Counted from the first letter of the stretch, positions 11,692-24,960 are shown. The stretch: DNA of 64,000 nucleotides from Callorhinchus milii (GCF_018977255.1 NW_024704742.1:56298001-56362000), one strand, 5' to 3'. The notes: generated from the letters alone by a model not told the origin. Translations and numbers: made by a program.

Positions 11692-14525
11692 CTAAAGTGA
11701 TATGGTTTTGGATTTTGATTTCAATCAGTGAAAGACAAAACAGGCCACAATATGAATGCAACATCATTACCTGTGTCAAAAATAACAATAATTGTATTTT
11801 CAAGAACCATTGCAAAGTTGCTGTATTTTTCAGATGAGATGTTAAGCCAAAGGTCCCATCTGTCTGATCAGGTAAATATTAAAGTTCCTGTGAGGCTGCT
11901 AGAAACGAGAAATGAGTTTCTCCCGCTGTTCTGTCCCAACAATCCCACAGATAAAATTGGTATTTGTGGGACACAGGTGGGTGCAAATTGGCTGCCACTT
12001 TCACCTACAAAATACAGTGACTACATATTGCATTAAATCTTGTGATGCATTTAGAAACATCCTTCCCACATGAAAATGCAAGAATGATTATTACTATTAT
12101 ATAATTTATCGCTTTTTTATTTAATAAAAAATCTGCTATGGTGTTATAACGTAAGATAAAAGCGGATTGTGTTGAAGACTGTGAAACAGATCAACGAAAT
12201 ACCAGATTTTTAAAAGGACCAAGACACTAAAACTTTACAGTATCTCCTGTGAAGCGCTTTGAGACATCACAAAGATGTCTTTATATTTCTATATTATATA
12301 TACATATAAATATTTATATTTATATCAAATGCAAGGATTATTATTATTAAATTCTTATTGAGATTGAACATTTCTGATGGAATAATTGTGTTTGTTTGTA
12401 TATTGACTTATACATTTTCTTCATTTCAGTGAATAAGTACAGCTTTGTAAACCTACTGAAATACTGGGAGTTTCAGAGACATTTGTAATGCATTCAGTTG
12501 TAAAATGAAAAATACTAAGCTTTTATTTTAAGGCTCAACAAATCAGAAGCAAATGTCAAAGGATTAGTTAAGCTAAATCTCTTAAGCACCGTACGTCTGT
12601 TTAACATTCCTTGTGTGATCAACTGTCATTTAATTAAAACCAGAGCTGAGAAAAATACAAATATGTTGAAGTATAAATGTCAGATAAATTAGTATCAAAG
12701 AAAATCTGAAAATGGGGTGAAATCCAAAAAGACACAATAATCCTTCAATCAGATTTGTGTTGGTTTGTGATTTTTATTTCCGGCTTGTAATTAAGAAACT
12801 AAGGTTAAGTCTTGCCTGCACGTATGACAGTATGGTTGAAAACCTATAATACCACATTGATATGTAACTACTAGTACTGTTCTTGGGCACAAAACAATAT
12901 TAAACCTACTTCAATGCAACCTCGTCATAGTTAATCCATTAAATCAAAATCAGCTGCAGAAAAATAACAATGTACCTTCACTTAACCTGTGGAAACATTT
13001 TAAAATACAAATATCAGTTATGCCTAATTGGTAGCACTCTCACTTCTTCATTAGGAGGTTCGGGGGTTTTCTCTGCAATATGTGAAATGTTAATATTGCC
13101 TGAATTATTTCATGGTTAAATTTCTAAAGAAAAGTTCGAAATTGCTGCTCAAAAGCAAATTTGTTGCATTTTTTGAATTGTCACAGTTTTTCATCTTGAT
13201 TGTTTGTGTTAAACTCTTCAATCCACAATAATAATAATCCTTGCATTTGATATAGCTCCTTATCGTGTCATTGAGACATCTCAAAGCGCTTCACAGAATA
13301 TACTGTAAAGTGAATTGACTGTATATTTTGTGGGTGATTAAAATTAACGATATTAGTACCATATCCAGTTTTTATAAAGTATGCTTTGAAAGGGTTTATA
13401 CTCTCTTGTTCTAGACTCATGCCTGTTCTAAAGTAATATTTAACGCTATGGCAGTCTTCATTGGTTAACTCATTTGACAAAGTTTCTCCTCAGGACCAAT
13501 GCACTCTGTATGAATTTCCCACCCTCCCATCCTTCCAGGGTCAGCTAAAGGGTACGAAATGTGCTCCCATGAAAAAACTGAACGGCTACATTTCTTTCAT
13601 GCATATACACAAATTGACAGTGACCGTGTATAGATGTTGCTCTGTGCCAGTCACTCTCTGCTTAACATTTAGCATCTTAACATTTAGACATTGCTTGGTT
13701 TTACACAAGAGAAGTTAAAAACAAACGAAAACCAAAAACCAATAATGTAGCTCATAGTAAAATTTGTCGCCTAGTTTCCTAGAACACGAAAAACAGTTTT
13801 CCAGTAGATCATTCTGAAGATTGCAACGTGGATCACAAAAGCCTGTCTGGTTGGATTACTGTCATTGTCTGAGAGAAGAGATAGTCTCTGCTGTTGCAAG
13901 AACTTATTCATAACTCAGACTGTATTAGAGTGACAATCTAAAAAGCCTGCGGGAGCAAGAAGCACCAGGGAATTGAACTAAGATTTGTTTCACTCTAACA
14001 AGCATTCACAAAAATAAAGGCATTGCAAATCTATCAAATAAAAGGTGAATGATGCCCCAGCCAGGCTTACAGGCAGCATTACCAGAGAATAAATTCAATG
14101 ACAGCCTATCACTTGGTCTTGTCACCTTCTTATTCATCCTGGCATTTGTTTCTTCTCATTATCATCAATTGGGGGCAAATATAACTAGGAACATGTTTCA
14201 AAATAATTCAGTGTCAGCTGGCAGTATTAGAAAATATTATTATCATGACACCTGTCAGTTGTTTCAGTTTCATTTCTTATAAAATAGTCTACAGTTATTT
14301 ATATCTATAGCTATTTCCTTCTCATAGGTTTATCACCTATTTAGGTTTTTCCTACCCTCTGATGTTCTAATTGTCTCCAGTTGGTTTGATAATCAGGGTG
14401 GCAGGTAAATAGTTAAATTTTGCAAATGAGTTGCAAGCAATTTCTTTTATTGTACAATTGAAATGCTACCATTTCACATTCTCTTCAGTCCAACCTAACA
14501 ATTAATTTCCCAACCTTGCCCTTAC

Positions 14526-14750
14526 AGTTTATATATGTAATGAACATTTGAGTGATATTTTCATGGAAAACACAACATAACTCATCTGTCTCTCTGTTTT
14601 TCGACATATTGCTCTGACTCTATGAGCTTTGGTTAATTATGTGCACTTCAACTTCTATTTGCAAATGCAAGTATTATTTGTTTCGCTTTCCACCATCTTG
14701 CACTGAAGAACAGTGAATGAGAATCTGCACCACATTTATGTCTTCATCAT
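14526..14750 (-). pseudogene. Exon, repeat 4 (DDEDINVVQILIHCSSVQDGGKRNK*YLHLQIEVEVHIINQSS*...ELCCVFHENITQMFITYIN)
   Basis: Acceptor tttgctttcatatcag, donor |gtaagg; phase 1 to 1; VVQILIH ~ VVLMSH and VFHENI ~ ILLENL; two stops. Confidence 0.7.
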
Positions 14751-14924
14751 CTGATATGAAAGCAAACCAATCCCTTAGGATTTTTTTTTATTTGACTAAC
14801 CATTACCGTTTTGCCTGAGGAATTATTGCACAGATGAGTATTGTAAAATTGAAAGGACTCACAAGATCACAAGACTGGTTCAGATGAAGAAGGCCCTTCA
14901 ATCCATTTGAATTTCAGCATATTA

Positions 14925-15335
14925 GTTAGAGCACTCGCCTCGCAAGCAAGAAGACCTGGGTTTGATTCCTGGGAAGGGCGAAATCTTAGGCAAGTTTCCT
15001 TACTCCACATGCCTCTGTTTACCTAGCAGTAAGTTGGAACCCTATTGTTCATCAATCAGTGAATCGCTTTCTGGGAGTAATAATCCTTCAAAACAAAATT
15101 GGTCATTCAATCCATGACTGTTTGTGGGACATTGCTGTGCGCAATTGGCTGCCATGTTTTGCCAATAAAATATACAATACAATACAAAATTACATTTGTA
15201 TAGTTCCTTTCACGTCGGGAGGATGTCTCATATACAGTCAATTCACTTTACAGTATATTCTGTGAAGCACTTTGAGATGTCTCAATGACCTGATAAGGTG
15301 CTATATCAAATGCAAGAATTAGTATTGTTATTATT
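14925..15335 (+). mobile_element. SINE, long subfamily, with a short minus-strand L2 tail inserted at about 15175-15228
   Basis: Head, CTCTGTTTACCTAGCAGTAAG segment, Deu core, tail. Confidence 0.85.
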
Positions 15336-15435
15336 ATCTCATCCTTCCAGAATACCCACCTGACTGTGTTCCCACCACAGCATCCAGTGATCTGGCCTCA
15401 TTATTCCTATTCCGGCCTCCTTGGGGTAGAGTTAC

Positions 15436-15525
15436 CGTTTTCTGTAATGAAAGCAAGCGTCAAACTGGTGAGATGAATGTGAAAATATTTGTTTTTATCA
15501 AATAGAGGAATGAAAAGTATAATAT
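15436..15525 (-). pseudogene. Exon, repeat 4 (DIILFIPLFDKNKYFHIHLTSLTLAFITEN)
   Basis: Donor ACG|gtaact; 90 nt open; phase 1 end matches next exon; TLAFITEN ~ SIKFCLDN; weak acceptor. Confidence 0.55.
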
Positions 15526-15594
15526 CTACTTCAATAATTATGATCAGCAATAATTATCACATCATCGAAAAGTTGGACCCACACAGGTTTAGAG

Positions 15595-15990
15595 GAACAT
15601 AGGAACAGGAGTGGGCCATTCAGCCTGTTCTGCTTGTTCTATTCTACTGTATCATGGTTCATATGTACTTCAACTTTATTTACCTGCCTTCACCCTTGAC
15701 ACTTTACCTAACAAAAATCTATTGACTGCAGTCTTCAAAATTTGAATTGATCAGTATCCACAGCCTTTTGAGGAAGAGAGTTCCAGATTTCCACTTCCCT
15801 TTGTGTGAAAAAAGAGCTTCCTGATTTTACTCCTAAATAGCCAAGGTTTAATTCTATGATTATGCCATCTCGTTCTGGATTCCCTCACCAAAGGAAATAG
15901 TTTCTCTGTATCTACTCAATTGAATTCCTTTATCATTTTAAATACCTCAGTCAGATCACCACTCAACCTTTCAAACTCAAGGGAATAAAA
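15595..15990 (-). mobile_element. CR1 LINE 3' end
   Basis: GGAACATAGGAACAGGAGT...GGCCATTCAGCC tail and CR1 C-terminal codons on minus strand. Confidence 0.75.
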
Positions 15991-16629
15991 GTCAATAATC
16001 CCTTCCTCATTAGCACCACCATTGTGCGATTTCTGAAATTGAATGTTTTTTTCATGGACTCACCATTTTCGTGTTACTGCCTACAGTTGCACACTTTTAG
16101 TTCAACTGCGTTGGATTACCAGTGTTACTCAATTATGCAATGCAGTCTCATTATAACCTCATATTTGGAGTCCATAAAACTTGTGCAATACCGTGATGCC
16201 ATCATATGTTAGCATTTCCACATCATGATAACAAGATCCATCTGGAAGAAGACCCTTTGGCCCATCGGATCTCTTCCTGCCAGAATACCCACCCTAGCAT
16301 TTCCCCCACCACTGCTCAAGTTGCTTTATAAATTAAGTGATTGATGATGTGACTGTTCATTTGCAGAAAGCCAGCTGGCTTCCCACACAAAGAATTGTCC
16401 ACAATCGGATCATCAGGTTGCCACTGACATCACTTCCGGCACACTGCACAAGGGTGCAAAACACTGTTAGTCTCACAAAGCACAACCTGCTTGTGATAGT
16501 TGGTCAGGTTGTAGATTGAAGCAAAGCACTATATCAAATGCAAGGATTATTATTATTATTATTAATGTGCAACCAAACTTACCACAAATATACCTAAAAA
16601 TACACAGTTACTGCATTTTGGAATTACTA

Positions 16630-16975
16630 CCCTTTCCCACACCAGATTCCGCGAGCCTATCACCCTCATCATCGCTCAGCTCCATTGACTCCCCATCCCC
16701 CAGTGGATCAATTTCAAGATCCTCATTCTTGCCTTTCTGGCCCCACTCTCTGGCACTTTGTTCAGGAGTCCCTCCAACTTGCTTTCTTCCTCACTTCACT
16801 TAAAGTCCTTTTCAGGATCTACCTCTTACCGAGCTTTCAGTCATCTTTCCCCTCCCCAATCCCCATCAACTCCCACCCCCAGCCCGGGTACCCAGTTAGT
16901 ACTGTTAAGCAATTTGAGATGTCCTCCTGATGTGAAAGGCAATATATAAATGTAAATATCTATGTGTTGTTATAT
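16630..16975 (+). mobile_element. Old L2 3' fragment
   Basis: CTCCCCATCCCCCAGTGGATCAATTTCAAGATCCTC and L2 tail. Confidence 0.7.
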
Positions 16976-17604
16976 TGTACTTCCAAATCTGTCAATAATT
17001 AAAGATAGGTTTGGACCCCAAGAGATTTTTCACTTAACAGTGATAGGTTGTTTAGGAATCGTTTCAAATCGTTTCAAATTACTGATACCCAAAGAGAATA
17101 ATTCACAAAACCAAATAGTATAAAAAGACTTAAGCAGTCTGGTTCCTGTATACAGCCATCCAACCTCTCATGTTTTTAATGGCACATTAGAAGAGATCAT
17201 TAATATTCAGTGATGGTAAGGCTAGTTTAAATACTCCTTCATAACTTTGTGGCCAGTTTTCACATCTGAGTAAATTCAAAAATTTTACATTTTGCTTTAA
17301 CATGCATTATTTAGAAACAAACTATTTTTAGCACACTAACAACTGTATAAATCAAGTCAACTCTAAAGGTTTGTGCAATCTAAAATCATCAAATTAGAAC
17401 ATATACAGCAGCATAACACCACAGCTTATCACAGCACCACAGGGGAGGTTTGGATGGTAAAGACCCTTCGGCTCATTTCGGAAAATATGAACATGATGTT
17501 GAGCCTTTTCTGCCACTTTATAATGATAATAATCCTTGTATTTCATATAGCACTTTATCACATCGTTGAGAAGTCTCAAAGCACTGTGCAGGATATACTT
17601 TAAA

Positions 17605-18965
17605 GATTATAAAGACTTTCTGACTGGAGGGAAGTGTACAGTGCTATCCCCCAGGGATCGGTATTAGGACCACTGCTCTTCTTAATATACATAAATGATC
17701 TGGACTTGGGTATAGCAAGTACCATTTCCAAGTTTGCGGACGACACAAAGTTAGGTAGGGTGGTAAACAGTGAGAAAGATAGTAGCCAACTGCAGGAAGA
17801 CATAGACAGAATGATAAAATGGGTAGACACATGGCAGATGAGTTTCAATGTGGAGAAATGTGAGGTAATGCATTCTGGTAGCAAGAATGAGGAGAGGCAA
17901 TACAGGCTGGTAATACAATCTTAAGGGGGGTTGAAAGAACAGAGAGACCTGGGGGTTCAGGTAAATGAATCCTTGAAGGTGGCAGGACAGGTAGATAAAG
18001 CTGTAAAAAGGGCATATGGGATACTAGGCTTTATAAATAGGGGCATAGAGTACAAGGGTCAGGAGGTCATGATTAACCTATATAAAACACTGGTTAGGCT
18101 TCAGTTAGATTACTTCGCCCAGTTCTGGGCACCACACTATAATAATAATAATAATCCTTGCATTTGATATAGCGCTTTTCACGTCGGGAGGATGTCCCAA
18201 AGCGCTTCACAGAACACACTGTAAAGTGAATTGACTGTATATTTGTGGGCGAACGCGGCAGCCAATTGCGGACAGCAATGTCCCACAAACAGTCGTAGAT
18301 TGAAAATGACCAATTTATTATTGTTTTTGGTTTTGGAGGGATTATTATTAGGCGTGTGGAGTAAGGAAACTTGCCCAAGGTTTCGCCCTGCCTGGAATTG
18401 AACTCAGGTCTCTCACTTGCAAAGCGAGTGCTCTAACCACTGAGCTATAGGAAGGATGTTAAGGCATTGGAAAGGGTGCAGAGGAGATTTACGAGGATGG
18501 TACCAGGAATGAGTGATCTTGATTATGAGGAAAGGCTAGAGAGGCTGGGATTATTCTCATTGGAGAAGAGAAGGTTACGAAGAGACCTAATAGAGGTTTT
18601 CAAAATCATGAGAGGATTTGTTAGGTTAGAAAGAGAAAAAATGTTTCCACTGGTGGGTGACTCGAGGTCACAGATTTAAAATAGTTTCTAAAAGAAGCAA
18701 AGGGGAGGTGAGAAGAAATGTTTTCATGCAGCGAGTTGTTCGAATCTGTAATGCATTGCCTGAAAAGGTGGTGGAGGCTGATTCGATAACTACTTTTAAA
18801 AACGTGGTGGATGGGTATTTGAGGAGGATGGGTTTGCAGGGTTATGGGGAAAGGGCTGGGGAGTAGGATTGACATTACATTGCTCTTTTCAAAGAGCCGG
18901 CACAGACTCGATGGACCGAACGGCCTCTTTTTGTGCTGTACGATTCTATGATTCTATAATTCTAT
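17605..18965 (+). mobile_element. CR1 LINE, 5'-truncated (RT to 3' tail), interrupted by a SINE
   Basis: [48 protein letters not shown]; (ATTCTATG)n tail. Confidence 0.95.
18140..18446 (-). mobile_element. Young SINE inserted within CR1
   Basis: Splits CR1 sequence CCACACTAT|AGGAAGGATG; ctata duplicated; near-identical to 8240-8573. Confidence 0.95.
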
Positions 18966-19408
18966 GAGTAGCAACTGTGTGTGTGTTTGTGGGTGATAAA
19001 TACATTTTAATAAATCATGTAAGATTTGTTAATCCAATTTTCCTGCCTTTCTCAATATTTATCTTCATGCATGTTTGTAGGACATTGTTGTGTATACATT
19101 GGCTACCAAGTTCACCTAAAATATAAAAATGCACTTTGCAGTAAATCCTGTGAAGCCCTTTCAGACGTAGAAATAATAATAATCCTTGCATTTGATGTAG
19201 TGCCTTATCACATCGTTAAGACATCACAAATTGCTTCACAGGATATATATTGCAAAATGGTGTGATTGTACTTGTGAGTGAACGTGGCAACCAATTTAGG
19301 CACAGCAATGTTCCACAAACAGCTATGGAGTGAAAAGCAATGTATCAAATGAAAAGAGTATTTTATTTTATTATTCCTTAATAATCGCACTTCCCATCTC
19401 CCTTTTAA

Positions 19409-19732
19409 GTGGAGTCCTGTAGCTCAGTGGTTAGAGCACTCGCTTTGCAAGTGAGAGACCTGAGTTCAATTCCAGGCAGGGCGAAACCTTGGGCAAGTTT
19501 CCTTACTCCACACGCCTAATAATAATCCCTCCAAAAAAAAAACAATAATAAATTGGTCATTTTCAATCTACGACTGTTTGTGGGACATTGCTGTGCGCAA
19601 TTGGCTGCCGCGTTCGCCCACAAGTATACAGTCAATTCACTTTACAATGTGATCTGTGAAGCGCTTTGGGACGTCCTCCCGACGTGAAAAGCGCTATATC
19701 AAATGCAAAGATTATTAAGGATTATTATTATT
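19409..19732 (+). mobile_element. Young full-length SINE
   Basis: Complete head, Deu core, L2-like tail and (ATT)n. Confidence 0.95.
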
Positions 19733-19734
19733 AA

Positions 19735-20070
19735 TTGTTTCAATTGATTCTGCCTCTTCAGCCTTCTGTGGCAGTGCATTCCACATTTTCATAACTGTTT
19801 ATGTCAAAAAATGTTCTATGAACTCACTTTATCGTTTCCCTTTAATTTTAACATTTTCTCTGTTTTGGATCTCTCCATTGGAGAAAAAAAAGTCATATTT
19901 CCTCTCAACTTGTCAATTTGCTTTATCGTTTTAAACATTTCAATCATATCACCCCTTAACCTCCCCAGCTCACGTTTCAAACCCACGACTACTCTCATCA
20001 TAGTTAAGCATCTTTAATCCAGGTATTAATTAAAGGATCCATCACTGTACTTCCTTCCTAAGCTTTAATT
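19735..20070 (-). mobile_element. Old CR1 3' fragment
   Basis: ORF 19816-20001 RLRGDMIEMFK. Confidence 0.65.
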
Positions 20071-20204
20071 TCATCCTTGCAGAATGTAAACCCTACCGTT
20101 TTCCAACTTCAGTTGGAAATTATTTGGTTTTGCTGAGGTTTTGCTGACCTCAATCATTCTTCCTGGTAACCCATTGGTAATTACCCTTTGAGAAAACCTT
20201 CAGT

Positions 20205-20385
20205 GTTGTCTTCCTGGCTCAGTTGGTAGCACTTTTGCCTCTGAGTCAGAAGGTTGTGAGTTCAGGCCCCATTTCAGGACTTTGAACTCACAGTCTAGAC
20301 CAATGCTCTTCTGCTGTGCTGGTGGTGTGCTGCAAGGTTGGATGAGATGTTGAACTGATGTCCTGTCTGTATGTTCAGGACACTG
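20205..20385 (+). mobile_element. SacSINE1-like SINE 5' part
   Basis: TGGCTCAGTTGGTAGCACTTTTGCCTCTGAGTCAGAAGGTTGTGAGTTCAGGCCCCA head. Confidence 0.8.
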
Positions 20386-20675
20386 CTGTGGGCCATGGCC
20401 TTCAGCAAATAGTAGGTCACACTTCCATTCTACACCAGTTGCCTTCTTTGGGTAAGATATACGCAGCATTTGCTCATCTGAAGGTCAAACAAAAAGGTTC
20501 TGATGAAAAAATCACTTGATCTCATTCACCCACAATATAACAACAATGTGAATTTATACAGTGCTCTTTACACAGGGTCTCAGAGTGCTTAATACCAAGC
20601 TTATTCTCTTTCTTTTAAATGATCAAACTCTCTGTTTAAAGGTCATTCAATGAATCCAGTGACAACCTCAGTTAC

Positions 20676-20723
20676 CTTCCAATTAACCCATTCCAGCTTC
20701 TTTAACACCTTTGGTACAAGAGG
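20676..20723 (-). pseudogene. Exon, junction of repeats 3 and 4 (PLVPKVLKKLEWVNWK)
   Basis: Acceptor ttttaattatttctcag, donor AAG|gtaact; 48 nt, phase 0 to 0, open. Confidence 0.75.
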
Positions 20724-20899
20724 CTGAGAAATAATTAAAACAATGCGTTAATTGAGAGAGCAAACACCGGCTGAATGTGAGATCGTTTAGAATTGTTACA
20801 GCTGCAACTGGCACCTATTGCTAAGAAGTTCAACAGAAAATCCACAGGATTGATCCAGTTGACAGATGAGGAATCAAATTGTGCTTGAAGCAAACAAGT

Positions 20900-21375
20900 T
20901 CTGGATTGTCAAACTATATTTCTCAAAGAGTATAGAGGTAGCAGATCAAATTCCATTCACTGTAAATATTTAAATTAAATTGACAGCATATTCGGGTGAA
21001 AGGATTCTGGAAACTAGAAAAAAATATCCTGCCAGTGGATTACAATGGACAGTCAGAATAATTACCATTAATTGCCCTTAAGGGGAGTAATCCTGCTCTC
21101 TTAGAAAGGAACTGTCTGGAGTTGATACGGCTTTGTCAGGAACAAATTTTTGCAAGCTGTGGAAATAGTTGATGAGATGCTCTAAAGTCAGGAACTGCTT
21201 TTTCAAGACGATCCAGGCACAATCTGTCATTTTAAGGCACATATAAAGAACTGTGGCCTGTTTTTTGTTCTTCAGAAAAGCTGATATATTATTCCTTGAA
21301 TGCAGCTGTTGGAAGCAAATAAATGAAAAGGATGAAATCAGGCCATATTCAGATTATAGCAAACAGGTTGCAAGC
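20900..21375 (+). mobile_element. Degenerate Ty3/Gypsy pol fragment (protease end to RT start)
   Basis: LIALKGSNPALLERNCLELIRL ~ LIVV.G.GP.LLGRNWL..I.L; VDEML*SQELLFQDDPGTICHFKAHI ~ ...VF.EELGTI.GFKA.I. Confidence 0.7.
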
Positions 21376-22119
21376 ATGGAAGTGGGGGAGGGGAGGTGGG
21401 AATGTAGTGTGTAATATGATAATTATGACAATGAAATCAAAGTTGTCCTTAAAATTCTGTTCTGAACAATAGGTTTGGGACCAAACATACACTGTCTTTG
21501 AGTGAATTTTTTTTCACCCCTTCCTGAAGATTTGATATTCCTAACGTGTTTGGTTTAGCGAGGATATGTTCAGACACTCAATTATTCCCTGGCTACCAGA
21601 GCAGTGAATTAACCTCTGCTTCATCAGGTAGCAGCTTATTCTTAAGCCATGGTCTGGTGAAGAAACATGGATCGCTGCTTTGGGACCTGTGAATGACAGT
21701 GCGCTACAATATTGTCGACAATATTGAATCTTCAGCAGGACTGATCAAAGCAACTCTACCGGAGTCACAGGGCAGTGACATAATTCGGATGACTCATCAA
21801 ACTGAGGTCCATTCAGCCGAATGTTAACGATCCCATGGGAAAGGAAGTTTTTCCTGGTGTCCTAGCCAACAATCCCCCAACTAAAATTAGTCATTTACTT
21901 CATGGCTATTTGTGGGACATTGCCTTTGAGATGTCTTTGTGATGTGATAAGACAATATATCACTATAAAAAATGCAAGGATTATTTACTGCTATGTTTTC
22001 TGTCCAATAATTGTCACTTCACGTCCTGTATTTTTCCTCTCCACGAATTGTTGTGTTTCCAAAATCAGATCAAAGTATTGAGTGATTGTGAGTGGTTGAG
22101 GAGCAATCTTGACAGTTAC

Positions 22120-22210
22120 CAAACTCAAATGGCATTTTAACAGTGCAAGGGATAGTTTTTCAGCAAGGTAGAATTATCAGAAGCCTAAATCCAGTCTGAA
22201 GATTTCTTCA
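22120..22210 (-). pseudogene. Exon, repeat 3 (EEIFRLDLGF**FYLAEKLSLALLKCHLSL)
   Basis: Acceptor atctatacag, donor TTG|gtaact; phase 0 end; joined to next exon gives SLALLKCHLSLPLV ~ SLELLEGKVLPGV; adjacent TGA TAA. Confidence 0.65.
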
Positions 22211-22456
22211 CTGTATAGATACTCATGAAAAGATAATAATAATAATAATCCTTGCATTCAGAAAGACATTCCAAAGCACTTCACATAACTAGTGAAAATA
22301 TTGAAATCTACACATTGTGTCATATTACTACTGAAAACTACCTAAACGAGTAAATAATCAGATAAATACGTGTTCCATTGCACTGTTCCTATTAGTTTGA
22401 TAATCTGATATTATCTTGCAGTTTTTTAAGGGAACATTGCTTAAACTCTTCAATAC

Positions 22457-22595
22457 CATTGCACCCAAGTTTAGGATCCACTTGATACACAGTAACAATT
22501 TGATTAGCCTTAACATAAGTGGACCGCAGTGTATCTCGAATGTGCAATGTTCCCAACTGGGTTTTAATTGAATTTGCGTAACACCATAGAACAAC
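22457..22595 (-). pseudogene. Exon, repeat 3 (VVLWCYANSIKTQLGTLHIRDTLRSTYVKANQIVTVYQVDPKLGCN)
   Basis: Open 46 codons; VVLW..GTLHIRDTL ~ IVWNG..GTKALMDEV; splice signals moderate; phase to next exon not clean. Confidence 0.55.
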
Positions 22596-22773
22596 CTAAT
22601 GTGCCTTAATACCCGACATTCCAAAAAGATATGAATTAAAAGCTTAGCATTCACGCAAACCTTCTTACATATTAAAGTGGCAAGAGTCATCAGTCAATAA
22701 ACAGCATTAGATGATTTACAATGAATTCCCTTGACTTCAGTCACAGCTTAATCCAAACCAAGGAATAATTAGC

Positions 22774-22891
22774 CTTGCCTTGACTTTTCAGAAATGCCTG
22801 CACTTTGAAGGACTTTGCTGGAAACATATTTAGTGTAAACTTGTTTGCGCATTTGAACTTGTTCAATTGTGCACTAAACATTATCCAGTAC
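22774..22891 (-). pseudogene. Exon, repeat 3 (...TLNMFPAKSFKVQAFLKSQGK); probable internal frameshift; GC-type or mutated donor
   Basis: Acceptor gtttcaatttactag; LNMFPAKSFKVQAFLKSQG aligns without gaps to LDCGPESSKKYAEAVTRAK. Confidence 0.55.
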
Positions 22892-24001
22892 CTAGTAAAT
22901 TGAAACTTCTACATTAGAATTTTGTGCTCTGCACTTAATTGTGAATTCAAACAGAAATCTTTTTTTCATAAGTAAATCCGAGAGGTCAAACAATGTAAAA
23001 TTGAAGGCTGAGCATATCCATACGCTGCCCATTTAAGCAATGTCAGATATAGTTAGCTCATTATGATCAAGCTCAATATTAAATTTGTCCTGGAAGTATT
23101 ATTTTTAAAAGGTAGATTTATTCAGTGAACAAAGTAAATCCTGACATCGAACAAAATCCTTACATAAAATGAAGAGAATGATGTGGTATGTGATGTGATA
23201 TTTATCACTAGTGATAATATTTCTAGAATTATTCTGTTATTCACAGCCATGGGAGCAGCAATTGAATACTTCTTCACTAAATACATTGTTTAAAACTACA
23301 ATCTAAAATTGGTTTTACATGTTAAAATTGAAAGCTAATAGATGTCATCGAGCCAGAAATACAGATTTTAACAATTCTCGCTAAGAAAAACAATCAGGGC
23401 AGCACTTTGAATTCTGATTAACTTAGAGAGAGAATCCATTATCCTGAAGTCAGGGAAATGTTCAATAACACCCTTATTACTTTAATAAAGTGTTAGGACA
23501 GAATGCCTGCATTTTCTATCCTTGTGATAATTATCATGTCACATATCACATTTTCCTACAAAGGATTTTTGGTATCTATTTTATATATGCACTATATAGC
23601 AATATGATGAGCCATACAGATCAGGAAAATTTGAGATTCAATCCCTTCTCTGTACTGGGTTAATCAATTTGAGTCTTGTCCATGTGAGTAGGTTGCTGGG
23701 CTTAACCAGCTCCTTGGGACGTCCTCCCGACATGAAAGGTGCTATAGAAAATTGACCAATATCTCACCTCATTAGTTTAGATTAAAGTTCGGGAAGACTA
23801 AAAAAATGCTGATGACGTTTTTATATATAAACCAGTGGGAAAGAGCATTCCAGTGATTGGGATTTGGTCGAGAGTTATCTCAGATACAGCAATAGTGAAA
23901 GAACAGCTCCAAATATTGGGTATTTGATAATGGGTAAACTTTGTTTCACCCGAATATCAATTGCTACCTTTTCCCCTGTGTAATTAACAGTGTTTAATTA
24001 C

Positions 24002-24043
24002 CTTGGTATCCTAAGCTTCAGAATGAAATGAGATTATTACTAA
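24002..24043 (-). pseudogene. Exon, repeat 3 (LVIISFHSEA*DTK)
   Basis: Acceptor ttctgtttttataatag, donor AAG|gtaatt; 42 nt; FHSEA*DT ~ FDENAKT. Confidence 0.55.
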
Positions 24044-24404
24044 CTATTATAAAAACAGAAGAAACTCTGTATCAATAAAGCACAATTTAGGCCTTCAGGT
24101 CGGAACCTTCTACAAGCCATATACACCTGCACCATCATGGATTGATTCCTCAGATCCTATCTTTCACACGTCCAACTTCAATTCTCATCAGTTGCTAATC
24201 ACGTCTCCTCAGTATGAACCGCAATGCCCATTCCAGATGTTGCCAATTTGGTTCATTAATTATTTCCAAGATGACAGTCTTGACAACCGAATGTCAGAGT
24301 TAAGTGAATCCTCTGTGGTGGTCTCAGTAGCCCTCTTCTTGAGTCAGGTGTGCAGCACTCCAGAGTTCTCTCAATGGCAACCTATGTAGTTTCAGTTATA
24401 CACC

Positions 24405-24610
24405 TTCACACAATCTGAAGTCCTCAATCCTTGGCTCTCACCAACCTGCACCCAATCCTCTCTGTAATTAGGTAAGCAGGCTGTATCCCTTCAGATATAG
24501 GGAAATTGCTATGTGTCGATGGCATACATACATGGAACCAGTTTGGTTTGGATACTCTTAAGCAATGGAGGCAGGTTTCGGAAAGTATCAGGCACCTACA
24601 ATACCAAAAA
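24405..24610. repeat. Unclassified interspersed repeat, copy 2 (most diverged)
   Basis: CCTTGGCTCT..CCAACCTGCA, TAAGCAGG and TTGGTTTGGATACTCTTAAGCA shared with copies 1 and 3. Confidence 0.7.
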
Positions 24611-24960
24611 AATTAATTATTACAACTATCCCAACTTGCATTTATATAACGCCCTTCACACGGGTAGTATCCTGGAGTGCTTGACCCCTCTAACCTTTGA
24701 GTCTTTCTACAGCAGATGTCTATCCAATGCTTCACATTAATCACTTTACCTTATAGTTTGTTCCATATACCCAATGCCCTATGGGGAAAAATCATTTCCT
24801 CTGATCTCTATTTTTTTCTGTAAATTTTGTTCTTTGCTCTCTGATTCCACAGACACAGATCAATGTAAACGACCTGCTTACGTCAACTTCACCAAACTTC
24901 AATAGAAGGCATTAGGCTTTGTCATAATTAATTGCAGCACAGATTCGAAAACTGGTTAAC

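Noticed and set aside
12976..12986. 11-nt micro-exon (tttccacag|GTTAAGTGAAG|gtacat)
   Set aside because: Flanking exons already join in phase without it, and inclusion would shift the frame.
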